A DNA stretch of 64,000 nt, from contig CAWGVS010000012.1 of assembly GCA_963826115.1 (NCBI GenBank), forward strand, positions 160,001 to 224,000, given 5' to 3'. This document shows positions 23,926-33,128 of this stretch, in pieces (position 1 is the stretch's first letter; every line of letters starts with the position of its first letter). The position numbers and the translations under genes are program-made. The notes below the pieces were generated by a model, which was not told the origin of the DNA, searched no databases, and saw nothing but the letters and a program-made list of their open reading frames with translations. The DNA comes from an uncultured Candidatus Rokubacteria bacterium (lineage in GTDB: Bacteria; Methylomirabilota; Methylomirabilia; Rokubacteriales; DASRDR01).

Positions 23926-26580
23926 TCAGCCATCGAGCGCCGCGAGGGCGCGTTGCCGCTGGCGGAAGACGCCTGGCAGGTCGGGCTCGATCCGGACGCG
24001 GTCCACCGCGAAGCTCCCGCGCCCCGTCGCCTCCACCTGGACGGCCATCGGCGTGGGCGGGCCCTCGTGGACGAAGGGCACCTCGACGTCCACCGCGCGG
24101 CGCCCATCGCCGAGCTCGGCCGCGGTGACCGGCCGCTCCGCCAGGAGCCGCCGCTCGGCGAAGACGCGGAGGACCGCGCTCGCCTGTCCCGCGCTCCCGG
24201 CCCCGCCCCGCAGCGTGAACCGCGCCCGGTAGGCGCCCGGCGCGAGATAGAGGAGGGGCCGCGGCGGGCCCTTCGGGCCGTTCAGCACCACGCCGGGGCG
24301 GTCGATCCCGCGCTCGAACACGAGGGCGACGGCCCCGGGCGTCGCCGCGTCGCCGCCCAGTCGGCCCTCCGCGAGGATCGACTCGAGGCGGATCTCGCGG
24401 GTGAGCGCGCGCGTGAGCAGCCGGGCGTCGAGTCCCGTCGCCCGCTCGAAGGCCGGGGTCCACGTCTCGGCCGGCGCGGGGGCTCGGCCGAGCTCGCGGA
24501 CCGCGGCCACCCAGGCCGGGGCGGCCGCCGGGAGCCCCGCCGCCACGCGCCGCGCGTCCTCGCGCCGCCCGAGCTGGCGATAGGCCGTACCGAGCAGGAG
24601 CGCGACCTCCCCGTCGCCGGGGCGCGCGGCGAGCGCGCGCTCGAGATAGGGCACGGCGGCGTCCCACCGCCCCCAGCTCGCATACCCCTCGCCGATCTCG
24701 CGGGCGCCGGCCCGGATCTGGAACAGGGCCGTTCGCGCCTCGGGGAGAAAGCCGATGCGCACCCCGTAGAGGGCGGGCCGCGCGGGCCACCACCAGCGCG
24801 GCCGGAAGTGGACCGCTTGCCAGTCCCCGGCCGGGAGCGCGCGCCATCGGCGCGTCCAGCCGACGTCGATCCGGACCCGGCTCGGCTCGGGACCGTTGGC
24901 GACGAAGACGACGACTTCGTCGACCGGCGCCGGCGCCGCGAGGACGACGTCGTGGACCTGCGCCCCGCCCAGAAAGACCGTGCGGTCGTCCCGGTCGTAG
25001 GCGCCGGGATCGAGCGTGGCGACGCCCCCGTTCCACGTCGCGTCGTAGGGCCGGGGCCAGAGCAGGGCGGGCGCATCCACCACCCGGGGCGGGCGCGTCG
25101 CGTACACGGCGATCGTCGGATGGGCAAAGCCCAGGGGGGCGAGGGCGACCGTCCGCATGAGGGCGACCTCCTGCGGCAGGGACCGGAAGAACCGGCGGAG
25201 CGCGGGCGCCACCTCGACGCGTGAGTCCCAGCGGCCCTCGAGGTAGCGGTCGTGCTCGAGGCTGCTCGTCACCAGGATGTCGGCGGCCGCGCGCGCCTCG
25301 GCGAGCGGGCGCCGGGGCTCGAAGAAGCTCGCCTGCGGCCACTCGTTCACACCGAGCGGGAAGTAACCCTCCATCGCGATCCGCTCCGAGGGCGCGACGT
25401 GCGCCCCGAACCAGCGGCCGGCCAGCGCGCGCGTGTCCGGCAAGCTCAAGAGGACGTCCTGCCAGACGGAGCGTCCGAGATCCCCTACCAGGAGCCCGAG
25501 CGTCACCAGGAAGATGGCGAGCCGGACCCAGAGGTGCCCGCGGGCCCGCGTGGCGGCGCCGGCGATCGCGCGCGCGAGCAGGACCGCCGCCGGCGGCACG
25601 AGGTAGACGAAGAATCGCTCGTCCATCCACGGGATGATCGCGGCGGCCAGGAAGCCGGGCACCACGAAGGCCGCGAGGACGAGGTCCGCGGGACGGCGCC
25701 GCCAGAGCGCCGCGCCGAGTCCCGCGCCGAAGCCGAGCAGCATCGGCCAGCCCAGCCAGTCCCCCAGGAGCGCGAAGGCCCGGACGGCGCCGGGCCCCGC
25801 ACCTCCCGCGTGGCGCAGACCGAACCGGCCCAGCCAGGCGGCCCGATCCCACGCCGCCTCCAGCGCCGCCAGGAGGTGACCGCCCTGGATGAGCGCCCCG
25901 GCGGCCGTCCCGGCGACCAGCAGGACGGCGACCAGCAGAACGGGCCACCACAACGCCCGGCGCCGGCGCCACGCGAGCGTGAACGCGACGGCGAGCGGCG
26001 CGACGACCACGAAGCCGCCCGGTTTGAGCGCGAGCGTGACGGCCGCTCCGACGGCGGCGCCCGCGTACGCGAGCCCGCTCGCGCGCTGCGCCACCGTCAC
26101 GCAGGCCGCCAGCGTCAGGGTGAGCGCGAGCACCATCGGCACGTCCCGGTACGGGTAGTGGGAGTGGAACGTGTGGAGCGGCGACACCGCCACGAAGGCG
26201 GCCGCCAGGAGGCCCGCCCGGCGGCCGAAGGCGCGCGCGCCGAGCCAGAACGTCGCGACGATCGTGAGCGTCCCCAGAACGGCCGTGAGGACGGCGAGCG
26301 TGCTGCCGACCAGCGCGAAGGTCCAGGACGGCGGGTATCCGAGCACGCGCCCCGCCAGGTCGGCCGCCTCCAGGGCGACCCGGCTCAGGAACCCGTGGGC
26401 CGCGCCGAACCGGGCGGGTCCGAGCGGCCCGCCGAGGAAGAGGTGCCAGGCGCTCCAGACCGCGAGGTGCGCGTCCGCGTGATAGATGAAGCCGTCGCCG
26501 AGCCCGTGGAGAATGCCCCAGAAGCGGAGGATCGCGCCGACGAGGACGATCGACGCGAGCCACGCGGCGCGGGATCCCAC
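23926..26580 (-). CDS. ArnT/PMT-like (GT-C) membrane glycosyltransferase with large C-terminal soluble region containing TPR-like repeats
   Basis: About ten TM segments with LRFWG...HAD loop and AGLLAAAFVAVSP...SHY...DVP; later WDAAVPYLERALAARPGD...LGTAYRQLG. Confidence 0.7.
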   Translation of the reverse strand: MGSRAAWLASIVLVGAILRFWGILHGLGDGFIYHADAHLAVWSAWHLFLGGPLGPARFGAAHGFLSRVALEAADLAGRVLGYPPSWTFALVGSTLAVLTAVLGTLTIVATFWLGARAFGRRAGLLAAAFVAVSPLHTFHSHYPYRDVPMVLALTLTLAACVTVAQRASGLAYAGAAVGAAVTLALKPGGFVVVAPLAVAFTLAWRRRRALWWPVLLVAVLLVAGTAAGALIQGGHLLAALEAAWDRAAWLGRFGLRHAGGAGPGAVRAFALLGDWLGWPMLLGFGAGLGAALWRRRPADLVLAAFVVPGFLAAAIIPWMDERFFVYLVPPAAVLLARAIAGAATRARGHLWVRLAIFLVTLGLLVGDLGRSVWQDVLLSLPDTRALAGRWFGAHVAPSERIAMEGYFPLGVNEWPQASFFEPRRPLAEARAAADILVTSSLEHDRYLEGRWDSRVEVAPALRRFFRSLPQEVALMRTVALAPLGFAHPTIAVYATRPPRVVDAPALLWPRPYDATWNGGVATLDPGAYDRDDRTVFLGGAQVHDVVLAAPAPVDEVVVFVANGPEPSRVRIDVGWTRRWRALPAGDWQAVHFRPRWWWPARPALYGVRIGFLPEARTALFQIRAGAREIGEGYASWGRWDAAVPYLERALAARPGDGEVALLLGTAYRQLGRREDARRVAAGLPAAAPAWVAAVRELGRAPAPAETWTPAFERATGLDARLLTRALTREIRLESILAEGRLGGDAATPGAVALVFERGIDRPGVVLNGPKGPPRPLLYLAPGAYRARFTLRGGAGSAGQASAVLRVFAERRLLAERPVTAAELGDGRRAVDVEVPFVHEGPPTPMAVQVEATGRGSFAVDRVRIEPDLPGVFRQRQRALAALDG

Positions 26581-26642
26581 CTACCGGCCCCCGGCCGCCT
26601 CGCCCCGCCGGATGGCCGCTCGTGTCATGCGGGCGACCGCCG

Positions 26643-27962
26643 TCAGTCGCGGCCGACGGCCGCCAGCGCCCGCTCCGTCGCCGACGCGAACTCCTCGACC
26701 TCGCGCTCGCCCATCGGCGTCGACAGGCAGCCGAGCCCCGACGTGTGGACCAGGACCCCCGCGTGGAAGAGCGCGAGAAACAGTCGCTCCATGCGCGCCT
26801 CGGCCGCCTGGTCGATGTCGCGATAGCTGCGGAGCGGCCGATCCGTGAAGAGCAGCCGGAAGAGCGAGCCTTCGCCGGTCGCCTGACCGGGCACGCCCGC
26901 GGCGCGGAAGACCTCGTTGACGCGCGCGCGCAGCCGCGCGCCGAGCGTCTCCAGCCGGTCGAACGCCTCCGGCGTCATGGCGCGCATGGTCGCGAGCCCC
27001 CCGGTCATGCTGACCGGGTTCGCGCTGAACGTCCCGCCGGAGGCGATCCGCGGCCCCCGCGTGCCCGGGTCGAACACCTCCATCACCTCGGCGCGGCCGC
27101 CGGTGGCGCCGACGGGAAAGCCGCCGCCGATGATCTTGCCGAAGGCGGTGAGGTCCGGGTCGCCGCCGTAGCGCCCCTGGGCGCCCCCGTAGCCGACCCG
27201 GAAGGAGATGACCTCGTCGTAGATGAGGAGGATCCCGCGCTGGCGCGTGACCTGGCGGAGGAAGGCGAGGAACCCCTCGGCCGGCGGGATGAAGCCCATG
27301 CGGTTCGACAGGGGGTCCACGACCACCGCCGCCAGCTCGGCCGCGTGACGCGTGACGAGCCGCTCGCAGGCGTCGAAGTCGTTCCACGGCAGGACGAGCG
27401 TCTCCTGTACCCGGTGCTTCGGCACGCCCCCCGAGGACGGGGTGCTGGCCGGCGCGTCCTCCGGGCCCCAGTCGTCGGGGCGCGAGCTGTAGCTCACCTG
27501 GACGTCGTCGTAGTAGCCGTGGTACGCGCCCTCGAACTTGGCGATCCGGTCGCGGCCCGTGTAGGCGCGCGCCGCCTTGATCGCCATCATGACCGCCTCG
27601 GTGCCCGAGTTGCCGAAGCGGATCCGCTCGAGGCCCGGCACGCGCTCCACGAGCAGCTCGGCGAGGGCCACCTCCTCGGGGGTCGACGCGGCGAACGCGG
27701 TGCCGCGCGCGAGCTGCCGGCTGACCGCCTCGACGAGCGGGGGAAAGGCGTGGCCGTGGATCAGCGCGGTGAAGTTGTTGACGGCGTCGAGCCGCTCCAC
27801 GCCGTCGGCGTCGGTCACGCGGCACCCCTGCCCCCCGGTCAGGTAGAAGGGGTGCGGGCGGACGTGGAAGTTCGCCTTGGACGTCCCGCCGGGAATGACC
27901 TGCCGCGCGCGCTCGAACAGCGCGCGCGAGTGCGATCGGGGATCGTCGAACCGCGTACCCAT
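26643..27962 (-). CDS. Class III PLP aminotransferase (glutamate-1-semialdehyde aminomutase-like)
   Basis: NSGTEA, FEGAYHG, YDEVISFR, FGKIIGGGFPVGA, GTFSANP. Confidence 0.88.
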   Translation of the reverse strand: MGTRFDDPRSHSRALFERARQVIPGGTSKANFHVRPHPFYLTGGQGCRVTDADGVERLDAVNNFTALIHGHAFPPLVEAVSRQLARGTAFAASTPEEVALAELLVERVPGLERIRFGNSGTEAVMMAIKAARAYTGRDRIAKFEGAYHGYYDDVQVSYSSRPDDWGPEDAPASTPSSGGVPKHRVQETLVLPWNDFDACERLVTRHAAELAAVVVDPLSNRMGFIPPAEGFLAFLRQVTRQRGILLIYDEVISFRVGYGGAQGRYGGDPDLTAFGKIIGGGFPVGATGGRAEVMEVFDPGTRGPRIASGGTFSANPVSMTGGLATMRAMTPEAFDRLETLGARLRARVNEVFRAAGVPGQATGEGSLFRLLFTDRPLRSYRDIDQAAEARMERLFLALFHAGVLVHTSGLGCLSTPMGEREVEEFASATERALAAVGRD

Positions 27963-28041
27963 GCTCGCCTCCGTCCTGCGCGGCGCCGGCCGCGGGCCTG
28001 GTCGCCGCCCGCCCCGGTCGGGTTGTCGCGCCGTCAGCCGG

Positions 28042-30078
28042 TCACAGGCGGATGTCGAGCCAGCCCAGCGGGGTCACGGTCGCCCGCTCCCCGGCCCGCA
28101 GGAGCGCGGTCGTCGTCGCCGCCTCGACGATCGCCGGGCCCGCCAGCGCCTGCCCCGGCGCCACCGCGTCGAGATCGTAGACCGGCACCTCGCGCCAGCC
28201 GTCCAGGTAGACGCGCCGCCGGCTCCGCGGTGCGGCGGGTGGCCGTGCGGCGAGCGCGGGCTCCTCGGGCAGGGCCGGCAGCTCGCCGACCACCGCCAGG
28301 CGCGCGTTGACGAGCACGACCTCCTGGTCGGGCGCCGCGTAGGTGTAGAGCTCCTCGTGGCGCTTGTGGAACCGCGCGACGATCTCCGCCATCGCGTCCG
28401 GCGCCTCCAGGTCGACATCACCGAGCGGGACGTTGACCTCGAAGATCTGCTCGCCATAGCGCATGTCCACCGCGCGCTGGATCCGCACCGGGCCCGAGAA
28501 CGCGTCGGCCAGGCGGCGCCGGCCCTCCTCCTCCATCGACGCGAAGACCTGGCGCAGCTGAGCCGCCCCGATCCGCCGCGCGTCGCCGATGTGCGTCCGC
28601 ACCGCCTCGTAGCGGAGATCGGTGGCGAGCATCCCCCAGGCCGAGAGGACAGCCGCGACCCGCGGCACCACCACGCGCCCGATCTCGAGCCGCCGGGCGA
28701 CGTCGGTCACGTGGAGGGCGGCCGCGCCGCCGAACGCGAGGAGCGCGAACCGCCTGGGGTCGACGCCACGCCGGACCGAGACGACGCGGATCCCCTCGGC
28801 CATGACCGTGTTGATGACGCGGTGGATGCCCTCGGCGGCCACCATCCGATCGGTCCCGAGCCGCTGGGCGATCGCGTCGACCGCGCGCTGGGCGGCTCCG
28901 AGGTCGAGCCGCGCGCGGCCGCCGAGGAAGTTGCCGGCGTCGAGGTAGCCCAGGGCCAGGTTCGCGTCCGTCACCGTCGCGGCCGTCCCGCCCTTGCCGT
29001 AGCAGGCCGGTCCCGGCTCGGCGCCCGCGCTCTCCGGCCCGACGCGCAGCGTCCCGCCGGCGTCCACGCGCGCGATCGATCCGCCGCCCGCGCCGATCGA
29101 CACGATGTCGAGGCTCGGCAGCGCGACCTTCTGGCCCGCCACGGCCCGGTCCGTGGAGAGCTGCGGCTCGCCGTGCTCCACGAGCGAGATGTCGGTGCTG
29201 GTCCCGCCCATGTCGAAGGGGATCAGGTTGCCCTCGCCGAGGAGCCGCGCGCAGTAGCGGCTTCCCGCCACCCCGCCGGCGGGGCCCGAGAGGACGGCGC
29301 CGGCCGCGAGCCGCACCGCGTCGGCGATCGGCGCCACGCCGCCGTGGGACTGGATGATGAGCACCGGGCCGGCGTAGCCCGACTGGGCCAGGCGCTCGGC
29401 GAGGCGCGACAGGTAACGCGAGAGCGCGGGGCCGACGTAGGCGTTGACCACCGTCGTGCAGACCCGCTCGTACTCCTTGATCTGGGGCAGCACCTCCGAG
29501 GAGAGCGAGACGTAGGCGTCCGGCAGCGCCCGGCGAAGCGCCCGCTCGGTGGCCCGCTCGTGGCGCCCGTCCCGGTAGGCGTGGAGGTAGCAGACCGCCA
29601 CCGCCTCCACTCCGGCCCGCCGGAGATCCGCGATGGCGCGGTCGAGCGCCTTGCGATCGAGCGCGGTCTCGACCCGGCCGTCGGCGCGCATGCGCTCCTT
29701 GACCCCGAGCCGCCGCGCGCGGGGCACGAGGGGCTCCGGGGCCGGCATCCGGAGGTTGTACCGGTCGTCCTTCAGCCCCTCCCGCATCTCGATCACGTCG
29801 CGATGGCCGGCGGTCGTGAGGAGCCCGACGCGCGCCCCCTTGCGCTCGAGGAGCGCGTTGGTCGCCACCGTGGTCCCGTGAACGATCCGCTCGGTGTCGC
29901 GGAGGAGCGTCGCCCGGTCGACGCCGAGCGTCTCCGCGAGGAGACCGAGACCCTCCATGACGCCGAGCGACTGGTCCTGCGGCGTGGACGCCGCCTTGGC
30001 GAGTGTCACGCGCCCGCGCTCGTCGACGGCCACGAGGTCGGTGAAGGTGCCGCCGACGTCGATCCCGATCCGGTACAC
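28042..30078 (-). CDS. Hydantoinase/oxoprolinase subunit A (ATP-binding)
   Basis: GIDVGGTFTD, HGTTVATNA, SGPAGG, DMGGTSTD, GAGGGS, AFGGA. Confidence 0.92.
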   Translation of the reverse strand: MYRIGIDVGGTFTDLVAVDERGRVTLAKAASTPQDQSLGVMEGLGLLAETLGVDRATLLRDTERIVHGTTVATNALLERKGARVGLLTTAGHRDVIEMREGLKDDRYNLRMPAPEPLVPRARRLGVKERMRADGRVETALDRKALDRAIADLRRAGVEAVAVCYLHAYRDGRHERATERALRRALPDAYVSLSSEVLPQIKEYERVCTTVVNAYVGPALSRYLSRLAERLAQSGYAGPVLIIQSHGGVAPIADAVRLAAGAVLSGPAGGVAGSRYCARLLGEGNLIPFDMGGTSTDISLVEHGEPQLSTDRAVAGQKVALPSLDIVSIGAGGGSIARVDAGGTLRVGPESAGAEPGPACYGKGGTAATVTDANLALGYLDAGNFLGGRARLDLGAAQRAVDAIAQRLGTDRMVAAEGIHRVINTVMAEGIRVVSVRRGVDPRRFALLAFGGAAALHVTDVARRLEIGRVVVPRVAAVLSAWGMLATDLRYEAVRTHIGDARRIGAAQLRQVFASMEEEGRRRLADAFSGPVRIQRAVDMRYGEQIFEVNVPLGDVDLEAPDAMAEIVARFHKRHEELYTYAAPDQEVVLVNARLAVVGELPALPEEPALAARPPAAPRSRRRVYLDGWREVPVYDLDAVAPGQALAGPAIVEAATTTALLRAGERATVTPLGWLDIRL

Positions 30079-30079
30079 G

Positions 30080-31798
30080 TCAGCGGCCCTTCCGCGCCGC
30101 GCGGGCTGCCTTCGCCCGCGGCGCCCGGCCGGCGCGGGGCGCCGCCGGTCCTCGCGTCACGAATCCGTTCTCGCGGTCGTAGGCGCGCGCCTCGGGCGCA
30201 CGCCGCCGGGGATCGCCGTAGCCGCCGCCCCCGCCCGACTCCACCAGGAAGACGTCCCCGGGCCGCACGACGACGCCGACCTCCTTCGTCTTGAGGACGC
30301 GGTCGCGGCGGCCGCGCGAGCGGAGGCGGTAGCGGTGCGGCAGCCCGTCCTGCCCGCCCAGGATCCCGTACGGCGCGTGCCGCGTGCCGTCACCCGCGGT
30401 GTTCGCCCGGGCGGGCTCCGCGATCTCCGCGTGGAGATCGAGGACCGAGCCGGGGCCGCCCCGGTACTGTCCGTCCCCGCCCGAGTCCGGCCGGAACTCG
30501 TGCCGGGCGAAGAAGAGCGGGAAGCGCACCTCCGTCACCTCGACGCTCCCGAACTTGATGCCACCGGCCGCCTGGCCCTCGCCCGCGGTCGGCCAGCCAT
30601 CCCCCGCGGAGGATGCGCCGCCGCCCGGCCGCGCGTGGAACATGTGCCAGATGAACGGGCGGCCGCTCCGCGGATCCTTGCCCTGGATCGCGATGCGGAA
30701 GCGCCGCCCCCAGCCCGCCAGCACGCGGTCCGGGCACGCCGGGGCGAGCGCCTTGATGACCGACTCGGCGATCTCCTGGGCGCAGTGGTTCGTGCAGAGG
30801 GTGAGCGGCGCGGGCGGGTTCGCCCATACGACCGTGCCCGCCTTGGCCACCACCGTGAGCGGGCGGAAGGTCCCGTCGTTCTTCGGCGTGTCGGGATCGA
30901 TCAGGTACGCGAGGGCCATGGCCACGGCCGACCGCATGTTCGGGTAGGAGGAGTTCACGAAGCCGGTCACCTGGGGGTGGGAGTCGCTGAGGTCGACCGT
31001 CAGGTCGCTCCCGCGCTTGGTCACCTTCGCCCGGATGTAGACGTCGCGGAAGCCGTGGCCGTCGTCGTCCAGGACCGCCTCGCCCCGGTAGACGCCGTCC
31101 TTCCAGCCCGCGATGCACGCGCGCGCCTGGCGCTCGGCGCCGTCCAGGATCGCGTCGATCGCCGGCCCGACGGTCGGCGCGCCGTACTCGTCGAGCAGCG
31201 CCAGGAGCCGCCGCTCGCCGACGCGGGCGGAGCCGATCATCGCCGCCAGGTCGCCCTGGAAGTCGCGCGGGTGGCGGACGTTCGTCGCGATCATCTTGAG
31301 CACGTCGTCCCGGACCACGCCGGCCTCGTAGAGACGGAGCGGCGTGATGCGGAGCCCCTCCTGCCAGATCTCGGTCGCGCCGGGGTTGTAGGCGCCGTGG
31401 GTCGCGCCGCCGATGTCGCTCTGGTGGGAGCGGTTGATCGACCAGAACACGAGGCGCTGGCCGGCGAAGACCGGCACGAAGGCGGTCAGGTCGGGCAGGT
31501 GGTTGTTGCCGTGGTAGGGGTCGTTCAGGAGGTAGACGTCGCCGGGGCGCACGCGGTCCCCGAAGAACTCCTGCACGGACCGGACGGCCCACGGGATCGC
31601 GCCCACGTGGATCGGGACGTGCTCGGCCTGGGCGACCAGGCGGCCCTCGGCGTCGCAGAGCGCCGTGGAGAAGTCCCGGCTCGAGTTGAGGATCTGCGAG
31701 TACGAGGTGCGCAGCATCGCCTCGCCCATCTCCTGGACGATGGCCTCGAGGCGGTGCTGGATGACCGACACGGTGATCGGATCGACGCGGTCGCCCAC
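30080..31798 (-). CDS. Hydantoinase B/oxoprolinase subunit B
   Basis: RDFSTA, NDPYHGNNHLPD, HQSDIGG, EIWQEG, DSGGDGQYRGG, SGGGGGYGDP; AAGGAGG RBS. Confidence 0.92.
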   Translation of the reverse strand: MGDRVDPITVSVIQHRLEAIVQEMGEAMLRTSYSQILNSSRDFSTALCDAEGRLVAQAEHVPIHVGAIPWAVRSVQEFFGDRVRPGDVYLLNDPYHGNNHLPDLTAFVPVFAGQRLVFWSINRSHQSDIGGATHGAYNPGATEIWQEGLRITPLRLYEAGVVRDDVLKMIATNVRHPRDFQGDLAAMIGSARVGERRLLALLDEYGAPTVGPAIDAILDGAERQARACIAGWKDGVYRGEAVLDDDGHGFRDVYIRAKVTKRGSDLTVDLSDSHPQVTGFVNSSYPNMRSAVAMALAYLIDPDTPKNDGTFRPLTVVAKAGTVVWANPPAPLTLCTNHCAQEIAESVIKALAPACPDRVLAGWGRRFRIAIQGKDPRSGRPFIWHMFHARPGGGASSAGDGWPTAGEGQAAGGIKFGSVEVTEVRFPLFFARHEFRPDSGGDGQYRGGPGSVLDLHAEIAEPARANTAGDGTRHAPYGILGGQDGLPHRYRLRSRGRRDRVLKTKEVGVVVRPGDVFLVESGGGGGYGDPRRRAPEARAYDRENGFVTRGPAAPRAGRAPRAKAARAARKGR

Positions 31799-31891
31799 GG
31801 GTAGCCCTCCTTGGCGCGGACCATCTTACTCGACGGGCCCAACCCCGCCCAGGGGGCGGCCGTCTGAAAACGCGGCCTTCGGGGACCCCTT

Positions 31892-31900
31892 TGCTAGAAT
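31892..31900 (+). promoter_or_regulatory. Extended -10 element upstream of the putative EPS operon
   Basis: TGcTAGAAT about 50 nt before the GTG at 31952; GGAGG at 31939-31943. Confidence 0.45.
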
Positions 31901-31951
31901 TCGACTTTGCGCCCGTATTTCTCGCGGTTTCCAGGACTGGAGGACTCCATC

Positions 31952-33128
31952 GTGCTCTCGCCCGGCGCACTCGGCACGTCGCTCACCCTGCTGGGCCTGG
32001 CGGTGGCCTGCGCGCCGCTCGCCACGCCGGGCGGGGGCCGGGCCGCCGAGGCCGGGGGCGCCGCGATCTGGGTGTACGGCGCCGAGCGGTGGACCGCCGA
32101 GGAGCGCGATGCTCAGCTCGCCCGCTTCGCCAGCTTCGCGGGCCGGCTCTACCTCAGCGTCGAGGACGGGCAGCGACTCCTGGTCGACGACCCCGACGGC
32201 GGCCGGCTCGGGGAGTTCCTCGACCGGGCGACCGGGCGCTTCGGGCTCCAGGTGGAGGCCATGCTGCTCCAGGACCCCGGCTGGGCCGGCGATCCGGTGG
32301 GCGCGACCGAGCGGGTCCGGCGCGTGGTCGCCTACCACGCCGCGCGGCGGGCGAAGGGCCTGCCCGGGTTCGCGGGCCTCCACTTCGACATCGAGCCGCA
32401 CAGCGAAGAGGTCTGGGCGTGCGCCACGCCGGCCGAGCGCGCGGCCACGCTCCGGAGCCTCCACGAGGTCTTCCGCCGGGCGCGGGCCGCCGTCGCGGAT
32501 GGCGCCTCCGCCCCCGCGCCGCTCGTGACCGCCGCCCTGCCCTGGTGGCTCGGGCACCTCTCGGTCGACGTGCCCAACGCGGCGCCGGCCGAGTGGCTGG
32601 CCGAGCTCGACGAGGTCGTCCTGATGGTCTACGGCGACCCCGGCGGGACCGCTGGTGGGCGAATCCGTCGCGGCGGTCGTCCGGCGCATCGACGACGAGC
32701 GGCTCTGGCGCGACCTGCCGCCGGGCCGCGGGCTCCGCATCGGTCTCGCGACGTTCGAGCACAAGGACCTCGGCGCGCTGCGCGCGACCATCGCGGGCGT
32801 CGAGGCCGCGTTCGGCGCGCGCGCCGGGTTCCGCGGCGTGGCCATCTTCGCGAACGACCAGGTCTGGGACGCGCCGCTGGTCCCCTTCGTCGAGGGCCGC
32901 GTGGTCGACGCGAGCGGCGGCGCCGTGGCGGGCGCGCGACTCCAGGGCGCCGGCCACGACGTCCAGTCCAACCGCTGCGGCGGCTTCGGCTTCAAGGGGC
33001 TGCCCGTCGAGGGCGTCGAGCTCGAGGTCACCGCGCGCGGCTATCTCCCGGCCCGGGTCCCATTGGGACGGCTCACACCCGGGCGCGTGCGCGAGCTCCC
33101 GCCCGTCCGTCTCGAGCGCGCACCGTGA
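31952..33128 (+). CDS. Probable lipoprotein: glycoside-hydrolase-like domain plus carboxypeptidase-regulatory-like C-terminal domain; +1 frameshift near 32648
   Basis: Hydrophobic leader ending LAVA-C; GLHFDIEP and LDEVVLMVY motifs; continues in ORF 32655..33128 with EGRVVDASGGAVAGA...EVTARGY. Confidence 0.55.

Noticed and set aside
26643-27962. Naming the aminotransferase hemL
   Set aside because: N-terminus (IPGGTSKANF) departs from the HemL PGGVNSPVR motif and the context is catabolic.
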